Of a stretch of DNA of 20,000 nucleotides, positions 10,426 through 20,000 are shown piece by piece (the stretch's first letter is position 1; each line of letters begins with the position of its first letter). The stretch spans positions 58,222 through 78,221 of the forward strand of contig LVLI01000030.1 in the NCBI GenBank assembly GCA_001687465.1. Reading direction: 5' to 3'. The notes beneath the pieces were generated by a model, which was given only the letters and a program-made list of their open reading frames with translations, ran no database searches and had not been told where the DNA came from. Both the position numbers and the translations under genes were made by a program. This DNA is from Halocafeteria seosinensis (Eukaryota).

Positions 10426-11970
10426 CACCATACCCGGTCAATTTATTGACCTTAGCCATATCTCCATTCTGTACTTCGCAATGTAGTGGTGCTTTGAGGA
10501 ACTGTTCTTTAGAAAACCCGTTGACCCTCAACATAGCCGGTGATAGTCTGTGGTGCTTCAAAAGCTTTCATGGTTCGCTAATCCTATTAAGCATAATCTG
10601 CAGACGGTATGCTGGATAATACGGAATACGCAAAACACGGTTATGCGTGTGTAAAGGATAACAAGAAGTGCACCCGCGTTCGTTTCCGGATGGCCCAGCA
10701 ATACTGTACCTCCACTCTCGATGAATCTGAATAACAGAGCGGAATCGCCACCTCGGTAAACCTTTGGAGATATCTACTTGGGTAGTATGCCATCTAACTT
10801 CCAAAATACTAAGACTACCCGTGTACAATTGTTGAGGCTTTATCACAGATTCCGTACGAAATAAAGAATTCAGTGGATTCAGTGGCCTCCCGGTGCAATG
10901 ACACCGGCAAGCATGATACACGGCATGTGCGAACAAGGATATATTTGAGAAGCAGGCATAGGAGGACGAAAAGGGTAAGCCAGTGAGAGTAGGTTAACTA
11001 GAGGAGGTAATACCCGTCGACTGTTCCGTATCACTTCGAAACACAGGGCACCACACTCTTTCATTTTGTCGCAGGAGTAAAATGGAAAGAGTTTTACATG
11101 AGTTCCTCAAAATCGACATTGGTGGAGATCCCCGAAAATACGAGACCGGGTGAGCCCGTTGGAAGAGTTGTAAAGCAGTACTGCTGCGTTGTATAAAAAT
11201 TTACCGCTGTCTATCGTGGGTTGTCTTGGCTTAGACTTCAGAGCCGTAACTCCTTCACCGCATCCCCGTAGTACATAGTAGTATGATAGTACAGGCCAGA
11301 GATGTAGATGCCAAGACGACTCCAACAAATATTCTTCATGACTCAAGGGGACATTAAGCATACTACTGTACAAAAGAATGGGTAGAGAAACACAGCAAAA
11401 TATAGCTACTCACTTTATCATTACGACTTGATAGCGAGAAGCACCCATGGACATACGTGAATACGGTGCAGATGTCAAGGTAAGGATCTAAAATCTTCCA
11501 CCAAAACGGTCTCAGATAAGCTTTAGACTGAACTCGGCACAATATTGGTAGTATCATACTAGTAAGAACTTTTTCGTAAGAACACATTGCCACCAATCAG
11601 GATAGGTACTGATTCAGTCTACTTTGGAATCTTTCTCAATCCTACACGTTTGCATCAAGCCGCATCCAGCAGATATTCCGAAACTGTTAAAAAGTTAATC
11701 GGTACTTATGGAACAAATGTGGGAATTCAAAATCAGGTACCAAGGATAACGATATTGCCTGGGACAATAATTTATATACCAGAATAATTTTTTTCGTTGA
11801 CACAGAATGGACAAATACCCAAAATTCTTGTGCAACCAGGTTGTATCCCAATTGACCTAGAAAACTATTTTGCCCAGGTCGCTTTTAGTGGAGACGCCAG
11901 TGAGCCAGACTGTGGATCAAAACCAGAAGATAACCCATTGTCAAAATTTAACAAATGTTTTGCGGCGAGT
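10426..11970. pseudogene. Rearranged, decayed duplicate of the ankyrin gene
   Basis: Four segments in alternating orientation. About 10426-10880 (-) matches 9130-9664 (FLKAPLHCEVQNGDMAKVNKLTGYG). About 10925-11270 (+) matches 8750-9095, with in-frame TAG and indels. About 11295-11455 (-) matches 8540-8710. About 11459-11970 (+) matches 9656-10200 (TRLHQAASSRYSETVKKLIGTYGTNVGIQNQ). Boundaries are approximate. Confidence 0.82.
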
Positions 11971-12378
11971 TAGGGAGACAAGACACAAGACGCACATTTC
12001 GTTTGCCGGGCTGGCTCCCGCGAATGCACAACGGGGATATGGGAAACCGCTGGATGCACCTCGCTAAAGGATCAGGTGAAGTAGGTAGAAGTAGAAAGGA
12101 ATTCTTGAAAATCAGAACCGAAAATGCAGAAGTCTACCGGTATCATTTAACCACTCCGTTATTGAATTTCCTCCACTCCAAGGTTTACTTTTTTCATTAT
12201 GTTACCATTCGATACAGTCGAATATGGGAGTAGAGCCTATGTCAATGCTGGAGGAACAGAACAGGCTCCACGGGTGGTTCGAATAAAGCACGACCACGCT
12301 TAGAAGTCGTCAAGCGGCAGCGAGAACTCAGAAATAAAGACTCGGAGGTATGCAGATTCATTTTGTTCTGCTCCATAC

Positions 12379-14407
12379 CTAGTCCATGATCGAAGCAACG
12401 GTCCCTCCAATAGCGACCGCAAACGCAAAGAGACCCAATCCTAAGTTTAGGATCTCACTAGTGCGCGTCAAAGGACGGCCCGCCACCTTGGCAAGTTTGA
12501 CATAAGCAACAGGTGGGAAGACAATTGATACTGTCACTGAAAGCAGGGATCCGGAGAATGCCATTATTTTGTCAAATTTCGGCTGTAATTCGTAGTGTCA
12601 GGAGAATTCTCGTTCAACTAAGAGCCCTTTCTGGTACCCATATACTTGCTACGTACCACAAGTTCACCTATTGTCATGATCAGGAGGACAAGAAAGGTCC
12701 TAATGGCTACACGCCGAACGTATCGCGCCCCCTCTAAGGAAAGGTTCAAGCAGAAGTAACCGCCTTCTAGCTTTTCCGATCCAGAAGGTTTGCCATTTGT
12801 TGGAGAGTCGGACGGATATTGTTGTGCCAGCCTTTCGTCGTCTTTCTTCGTTTTAAATGGAATGAGTTCCATGTTGGCGTCATTCTGGTTAAGGGTATCC
12901 TCGTCCCCGATCTCATCCGTTATCCTAGATAGCCTGTGGGAGCTTTCTTCAGAAGAATCATCCTTGAGGTCCTCACGGGGGAGCCAACAAAGAGTCGAAG
13001 AATCCAACACATCCTCAAATACTTCGGCAATTGGCTGCAGAGTCAATGTGAACTTGCAATAACTGTTAATAGCAATAGTCCATTTGCATAGAGTTGTGGC
13101 TATTCCCGGTGGAAGATTCATTGTTACTTCCGGCAGCGTCCTGTTCCCGTATAGCTGCAATACACTTAATATAGCAACACTCCGATTATCCTGATGCATC
13201 TCTCTAGAGGAACAAGCAAACTTACTACGTAGCCAACGACGGACATCCCCGCATAGAACACGATCGTCACCACGTAAGTGTAGTTTAGCATTTCGGGAAA
13301 CCGGCGCTTCTCTTTCATGCTAGTATAAACAGATGTAAATACGGGGTGCCCTGAAAAGCCCACTGCAAAAACTCCCGTACCATAGAGGATTGAAAGGATA
13401 TCAGCGTTCACTGCTTGCGTTCCTCCAGCAGGAGTCCAAAAGGTGTGCTTGTTTGCTTTATCCAGTCCGCTATATAGCACAACAACTACTAGAACGATCG
13501 TGGCAAATACGCCAATGTAAGACAGATATGCAATAGCACTAAGGTCTTTCAGCCATGTCGTTGGTATGATAGCAGCGGTTCCTATCAGTAAAAAATCCGA
13601 AACCGTTAGCGGATACATACTGCTGAGGTGATCAGCGAATAAAATCTGCGAATGCCATATAGTATTACCAGTGGATAGTATTTTCCAAGTGCCACCATAA
13701 TTGGTTAAATCATACCAAGTAGGCTGTACATGCTCCTACTAAGAGTTCCTGTGGGAATCAGACTTACTGTATATAGTTATCCCGAACGGATTTACTCAGA
13801 CCTCTGCACTTACAAAGAAGAAGGCTATCGTAATGAGGACAGTCCCTAATGCCCCATAAGAGCGTCTTCCTAAGTCTGAAAAGGAACGACAATCCGGATG
13901 AAGTTCAATGGATTTCTTGAGTAAGCCAGCCGTGTGCCTCGTGGCTAGAGTTATCAGACACAGAATTGGAACACCAATCCAGCCGGTTCTCTTGAGGGCG
14001 TTTGGATATGCTAGTACGCCTATCCCCAATAACATATTAATTGCATTGAAAAGGGATTGAATGAAAGTCGATCCTTCTCCGGATGGGGGCATTAAAGTGT
14101 ACCCTGTCATCGTGCTCGCTTCCAGCCGTGTCAACCGATCTCTGCGGCCAGGACAAAGGGTCACACTAATTTGTCGAATGAAGGAACACATTCACATGCC
14201 AACTCACCCTTCGTCGTCAGCCCCATACCGTTGAACGCCGGGGGCGCCGGCTGCCAATGTCTCATATGGATGTATCGTGCTTTGGCCTTCTGTTCGTTTG
14301 GAAGCACCTCCAGTGGACTTGGAAGTCTGGGAGACGAGCGCGTCGCTCATATCCGTATTGATCCTTCCAGCTTCCGGCACATTGTCTAAGCGCTCATTTA
14401 GAATCAT
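12379..14407 (-). CDS. Amino acid transporter, Aa_trans/AAAP family, AVT1-like (about 560 aa, 6 exons)
   Basis: Exons 14407-14208, 14141-13814, 13748-13716, 13645-13226, 13154-12657 and 12582-12379 give an open spliced frame. Family motifs: STFIQSLFNAINMLLGIGVLAYPNALKRTGW, SFSDLGRRSYG, PTTWLKDLSAIAYLS, FSGHPVFTSVYTSMK, PKFDKIMAFSG and SIVFPPVAY. Confidence 0.92.
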
Positions 14408-15228
14408 CGTCTATTGGTGCTGAGCCTTCGTCGATACGAATGCTTCCACAGTATCTAGTGTCGGATGTTGCGACTCACGACTAGCCGGTGCCCCTTCACC
14501 GCACTATCACTTTGCAAATGACGCAAGAAAAGCCCGAGTCAGAAAGATCCCTTATAAATATGTATATATGCTTGCAGTACTGCAATGGGCAGCGAAAAAG
14601 GAAGGTATTGAGCTTAGCTACAAAACGATCCCGGCCTGTGTTCTACGGTTCCAATTTCGAAGGTAGGCCCCGAAGAGGCAGATCTACGTTCTTCGATGGT
14701 AGAATTGCTCTCCTTATGTGTTCGCAACCATCGGTTAGGGATCTAACATTAACAGCTAGTGCCGATCTATGCATACAACTATCAACACTGTACAGTCCCT
14801 ATACACTGTGGCAGAAGCTTCTATGGCCTCGTGCGCTGATCCCAAATTCAATCGATGAGTCAACTCTCACGGATAGTACACACGGTACGCGAGTAAGAAA
14901 TTATGAGCTTTCTCAAACTAATCAGAGGGATATAAAAGCAATGGTATCAGTTCCGCGCGGGAGGGTTGTTTGTACATTCGCGACCAGTGGCCCAACTCCA
15001 TGGGTTGCAAACGAGATACATGAAGTCGATGAGGTGGAATGAATATGAGTGGAAGGTTGCCAATTTGATTTCAAAAACCTTACTCGGTTCCTTAGACACT
15101 ACTCGTGTCGGCTCGTCGACCAACAGCCTCCGTTACTGATCTTATTCTTAGGGCTATCGACTTACAGAATTGCCACACTAAGCACATACACACAAAGAAA
15201 GAATATGTCACCAAGCGAGCGTGAATGG

Positions 15229-17209
15229 TCACCTCTGGATAAAAGAAGAGACTGTTCCGCCGATTGCGAGAATGATTCCTAGAACTGTTAGAGTGCGATT
15301 TAGAATTAGATCAAACCAGTCTAATTTACGACCAGCCACTTCCATTAATTTCACGTAGGCGAAGGAAGGAAACACGATGGAGACTGTGATGGATAAGAAC
15401 GCCCCAGCAAACGCCATTATTTGATCAAAGTTGGGTACGGATATTGTGATCACTGTCACAAGAAGCGTCAGTGTAGCTCGGATTGAAACCTTCCTAACGT
15501 AACGGGCAGTCTCGACAGGCATTCCACAAAAGTACAATTCTTGTTCCTCCTCTTGTTCCTCCAAGGCTTCAGAAGGAGTCCGTTTAATAAAAGGAGATAA
15601 CTCCACCGCCCCATTTTCATCGGTACCAGAATTCGCAGTGATGTCTGTCTTCGTTGCAGGTGTATCTTGAATGTTCGTTGCTTCATTTGCTTCTTCAATG
15701 TCTTCCCGAGGTAAACCATATGAAGTATTGAAATCCAGCACGTCTTCGACTACTTCGGAAATTGGCTCAAGAACCAATGTAAAGGTTGAGTAACTGTTTA
15801 TGACAATTATCCACTTGCACAGTTTCGCTGCTACTGAAGAGGATGGAAGATTTAACGTGATTTCTTCCTTGGTATTCGTCCCGTAGAGCTGCGTCACAGT
15901 AAAACAAGTACTCTCGTTACGTCCCAATGGTTCGACTATATAGCTATAAATAGACTTACTAGATACCCCATAACCGCGATTCCTCCATAAAATAGGAATG
16001 TCACCAAGTACGTGTAGTTTAACATTTCAGGAAACCTTTTCTTTTCCTTCATGGAAGTATAGACAGAAGTAAAGACCTGCACACGTTGCCTTGCGTATCA
16101 TTACTACGTACTGGGAAAGAAGCAATTTCTCAGATGATGACGAGCTTACGGGGTGTCCGGAAAATCCCACCGCAAATACGCCAGTGGACCAGAATATGTG
16201 GGAGGGGCAAATTGCCTCTCCGGACTGAACATCGTTAAAGCTGCCGGAGCTCCCGTTGTCAGCAAAACCCACATACATTATTACTCCGGAGAGCACGATG
16301 GCCGAAAGTACGCCTACGTATGAGAGGTACGCAATTTTACTTAAGTCCTTCAGGAATGTAGTTGGCAAAATAGCCGCGGTTCCAACTAGTGCCCAATAAG
16401 TTGACGAAACCGATGGGTACAACGAATTCAAGTTGTCGGCGAGAACTATCTGCATAGATGAACCATGTAAGCTCATTGCCAACTTTGGCATCGGATGAAG
16501 AAGACACTAGTGCAAACAACTTACCAAGTATGCCGTACAAGACCCAAGCAGAAGTTCCTGCAGCGTTGGCAATCACCCAACAACAACACCACTTCAAACC
16601 GACTCTGGAATTTCTATCACTAGACTAGCCATACGTACCAAGAAGAACACAGTCGTGATAAACACAGTTCCTGCTTTGCCATAGGATCGTCTCCCAAGAT
16701 CTGAGAACGAATGACAATCTGGATGCACCTCGATTGCGGTCTTGAGAATACCGGCGGTGTACCTGGTTGAGACGGTGAGAAAAAGGAGAATAACCAGGCC
16801 GAACCATCCAGTTCTCATCAGCGCTCTTGGGTAAGCCAACACACCGATTCCCAGCAACATGTTTATCGAGTTGAATAAAGATGGAGAGAAACCCGCTCCT
16901 TCGCCCGCTGCTGGAAGCAGCGTGGAGCCGGTGGCCATTGTCAATGCTCTCGAAAGAACCGTGCTGCATCAAAGCGGAATGGAGGGACTGAAACCAGTAA
17001 CAAATAGCAGGAGTCGAGTGTTTTCTCACATACCCTCCATCATCTCCATCGGACCTTTTCCTAGGTCGAAGAGTGGGTGACGCAGCGGCCAATGTTGCAT
17101 AGGGGTTAATGGTGCTCCTCCCAGCGGTACTCTTAGAACCGATGGACAGTAGTCCTTCACTGAAGCCCGTTTCCGAGCGCTCAAGGTCCGTGCCTCCGCG
17201 AGGAATCAT
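15229..17209 (-). CDS. Amino acid transporter, Aa_trans/AAAP family, AVT1-like tandem paralog (about 536 aa, 6 exons)
   Basis: Exons 17209-17034, 16963-16639, 16557-16525, 16449-16150, 16076-15960 and 15888-15229 give an open spliced frame. Motifs: SLFNSINMLLGIGVLAYPRALMRTGW, PTTFLKDLSKIAYLS, FSGHP|VFTSVYTSMK, VPNFDQIMAFAG and SIVFPSFAY. Confidence 0.92.
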
Positions 17210-17939
17210 ATTCTTTCAAATTTTGTGCCCTCCGTTCGAGTTTTTCCGTGCGAAATGTAACCGGATCCACAAAGAAAACTTCAGAGACAAGCGCTGAGGA
17301 TGCTTCTTCCTTCTTCTTCTAGAGTATTTCGCAGCGTGGGAACGAACTTTGGTGAGTCGTCAAAATCCCTTGGGCGTCTACGTCGAAAGGATCCCACGCA
17401 ATAGTACTTTCGTGTACGGTACACCGATCAAGCACTGATAACAATTTTGTACTAGAAAAAACTTCCTCGTCCTCCCCGTAGTGAACGTGTGGCACGAGTT
17501 TCCACCGAGGAACAAACTGTGACGGCAGACGATCTTCACAAATGTTTTATCTTGTATTTTATTACTTCCCGGCCAGCTTTTTTGCCTTGTTTGACTTGAA
17601 TCAGGCGCATGCGCTTCCAAACAATCCACTGGAGTGAAGTCTACTCTACTGTGCGCGAGCAACAGTGTATGAGACAGGGGTCGCAGCATGTTCTTCGGGT
17701 CGAGTCGCTTCAACTTTCCACTCCACGCCCGGTGTGGAATTGATAAAACTGATAATGGCTGCACAATTATACACATGTCCCATACCAAAACGGATAACAG
17801 AATTGCGTGTGCATGTGATGGTATACTGTTCCTCAGAAGCGCGTTATACTACATCTTGTACCCGGTTTCTGCACCCAAACCTTCTACTTCTAGAAAATTT
17901 GAAACACCAGAAGAATATACGGTGGCGCAGTGCTAGTCC

Positions 17940-19736
17940 CTAATTATCACGAATACCTAAAATTCCTTCATATTTTTGAGTCTTGCTCTGAGCCTTTCTA
18001 TCTGCCTTATCAGCTCTCTTTATGAGTTCCTGAGCGGTGTCGATTTCTCCCTTCAGAGTCTTTTGAAGCGCACGGTTGTCAGGTTCATGTTGCTCCAACT
18101 CTTTCAGCTGATTTCGTAATGCTGCATTCCTCAAAAGAAAAGAAAGACATATAATTCGTTGTTAACAAAGCAAAGGGACATCGCTGTGTGTGAGCTCCAG
18201 AGGTGTACATACCATCCTCCCACATCTTGCCAAGGGTTTCGGCCTTAAGAGTCATCAAGTATGCTTTTGAGGGGCGTGGGTAGAGAGGGCGTTTATCATC
18301 CACTACACCACAAGCTTCACCAGATACTCCAACGTGAACACCTGGATAGCCTGGCAACGCCAAGTATTCTTCTGTACTATTGTTTTCTAAGGACCAATCC
18401 TTGAACTGTTTCGGAGGCCATTCAAACGCCAGTTCTTCGTCTTGAACGTATTGCCATCGCACAAGGATAGCTTCCGTAGCCTCCTCTTTCCAATATTCAG
18501 GATCGCTATGCAGTTTACGGGCACCAGACTGCACAAGACAAATTGGTTAGTGAGGGAGTTCTGAGCAGCAAAACACCTCACGCACAATAGCAAACCAAAC
18601 ATACCTCTTTAAGCGGTATATCCAAAGTTTTCTTGGAGCCGCTAGCAGTCCCACCACTTCCAGAGTCTTTGCTCTTTTTGGGAGTAGATGTCCCCTCTTT
18701 ATTCTTCTTGGGAGTGCTGCTCGATGATGACGCATCCTTGCTCTTCTTGCTTTCACCACTCTTTTTGTCTTCTTTAGGACTACGTTCTCGTTCACGTTTA
18801 GCAGGCGGGGAACGATCTTCGTCTACGGAAGAAGATTTCTTCTTTTTCTTTTTCTCTTGCTGTTCACCGCCTTCCTTTTTCACCTTCTTTTTCTCTGATT
18901 TCACTTCGGAGGATTTTCGTTTCTTTACTTTCTCTGTGTCGGCAGACGGTTTTTTCTTTTCAGTTTTCACTGTCTCCGACTTCGTTTCCGAACTTTTAGC
19001 AGCCTTGAGCGATGTTGTACTCTTAGTGGGAGTTTGGTCCGATGACCCTTCCGTTTTTAGCCCTTTCTTCTTCATCATTAATGCAGCTAACGGCAAGTCA
19101 TCATCGTCGGAATCATCATCATCATCATCACCGTCGTCTTCTTCATCCTGAGCCTTCTTTGCACTCTTGGACGACGATGACGATGGCTGAGGAGCTACGG
19201 GAGCTCGAGCTTCCTCCGGTTCCGGTTTCCTCGCGCCGTTGGTCGGTTGTTTCGGAGCCTCTCCGGCAGCACTTGAGCTCGCCGGGGCTAATCGATTGTG
19301 GCGTGCACCTGAAGCAGGAGCGACAATATCCTCATCATCACTATCTGAATGATCATTGCTATTATGCGCTGCTGCTGCTGGAGTTTTTTCCTCTTTCACG
19401 GCTTGTCCACTGCTGCTGCTGCTCGTTTGAGCGTTCGATGAACCTGCGCACGTATAGAGGAATGTGTCGAGCTATTTTTTACGGAGGAATACCGTCATAA
19501 AAGAGCCAACAGAGTCGGATTTCGTTTGGAATCAGACTTCTAACGCTTCCATGCGATTCTTTTCGGTCATTTCCGTGGCATTCCCCACGCTCCTACCGCA
19601 TACCAGGGCAATACCCAGCAAGTTTAAATAATGAAAAACACTATACAATGGTCCCTAGGACCTAAAAACACGTGTATAAAGTGTACATACCCTCTGAAGA
19701 TGGCGGCTGAGCTCCAGCTTTGAGAGGGATATTCAT
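17940..19736 (-). CDS. Uncharacterised protein (about 460 aa): long Ser/Lys/Asp/Glu low-complexity region plus globular and coiled-coil C-terminus; probably nuclear
   Basis: Exons 19736-19691 (MNIPLKAGAQPPSSE, gccATG, phase 1; least certain), 19443-18605, 18528-18213 and 18121-17940, with compatible phases. It has an acidic run followed by DDDDLPLAAL and poly-Lys NLS-like runs. The C-terminal region reads EAILVRWQY...EWPP...LPGYPGVHVG...DDKRPLYPRPS...WEDALRNQLKELEQHE. Confidence 0.8.
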
Positions 19737-20000
19737 GGCTAAAACTTCATTATTCCCTGACATTTTTGGACTGTACACACATCCAGTAAAACACACTACT
19801 TAACTGATTTGACCAAATTAAAATGGCGGACACATCATAGAACCCGATTCATCATCAAATACCATGGATAATCCGTACTGAAGACTGGAGGGGGAGGCAA
19901 CAAGGGAGAAAATGGGGGAGCCCGGAATCCGGTCGCTCAGCCGGGATGTCCAGGAAGGTAGTTGGAGATAATGCCATGGTATTGATATGTTATACCACTG

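Noticed and set aside
10300..12050. Transposon with terminal inverted repeats as cause of the inverted similarity
   Set aside because: The inverted segments are ankyrin-gene exons and introns. I saw no transposase, TIR or target-site duplication.
14488..15042. 184-aa plus-strand ORF between the transporters
   Set aside because: It has a non-ATG start and no motif or protein-like composition that I recognise, so it is likely chance.
17378..17943. Overlapping ORFs on both strands upstream of the second transporter
   Set aside because: No domain signal. The region is consistent with promoter and 3' UTR sequence.
18633..19500. Phe/Ser-rich and His-rich plus-strand ORFs
   Set aside because: These are antisense shadows of the Lys/Glu/Asp-rich exon 18605-19443.
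19444..19690. Intronic snoRNA in an unusually long 247-nt putative intron
   Set aside because: I found no convincing C box with a terminal stem and no H/ACA layout, and the intron boundary itself is uncertain.

Overview
This is eukaryotic, gene-dense DNA with short GT-AG introns (mostly 60-95 nt), so the supplied ORF track is largely fragmentary. I rebuilt the gene models by hand from splice sites. (1) 1-7105 (-): a large secreted or cell-surface leucine-rich-repeat (LRR) gene that runs off the window start. It has a signal peptide, a 6-Cys cap, 24 LRRs, a 2-Cys cap, a Pro/Thr linker, a second 6-Cys cap and at least 20 more LRRs. Each LRR is its own exon (42 of 43 complete ones are 72 nt) flanked by phase-2 introns. 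The two LRR blocks are a colinear internal duplication with patchy divergence. (2) 8358-10241 (+): an ankyrin-repeat gene with about one repeat per phase-0 exon. (3) About 10426-11970: a decayed copy of that gene, scrambled by what look like two nested inversions. (4) 12379-14407 and 15229-17209 (-): tandem AVT1-like Aa_trans amino-acid transporters with reciprocal intron presence/absence. (5) 17940-19736 (-): a Lys/Ser/Asp-rich protein with a folded C-terminal domain of unknown function. The best candidate for a novel system is the cassette-exon, double-solenoid LRR receptor. The organism cannot be identified from the sequence; a protist is only my guess.
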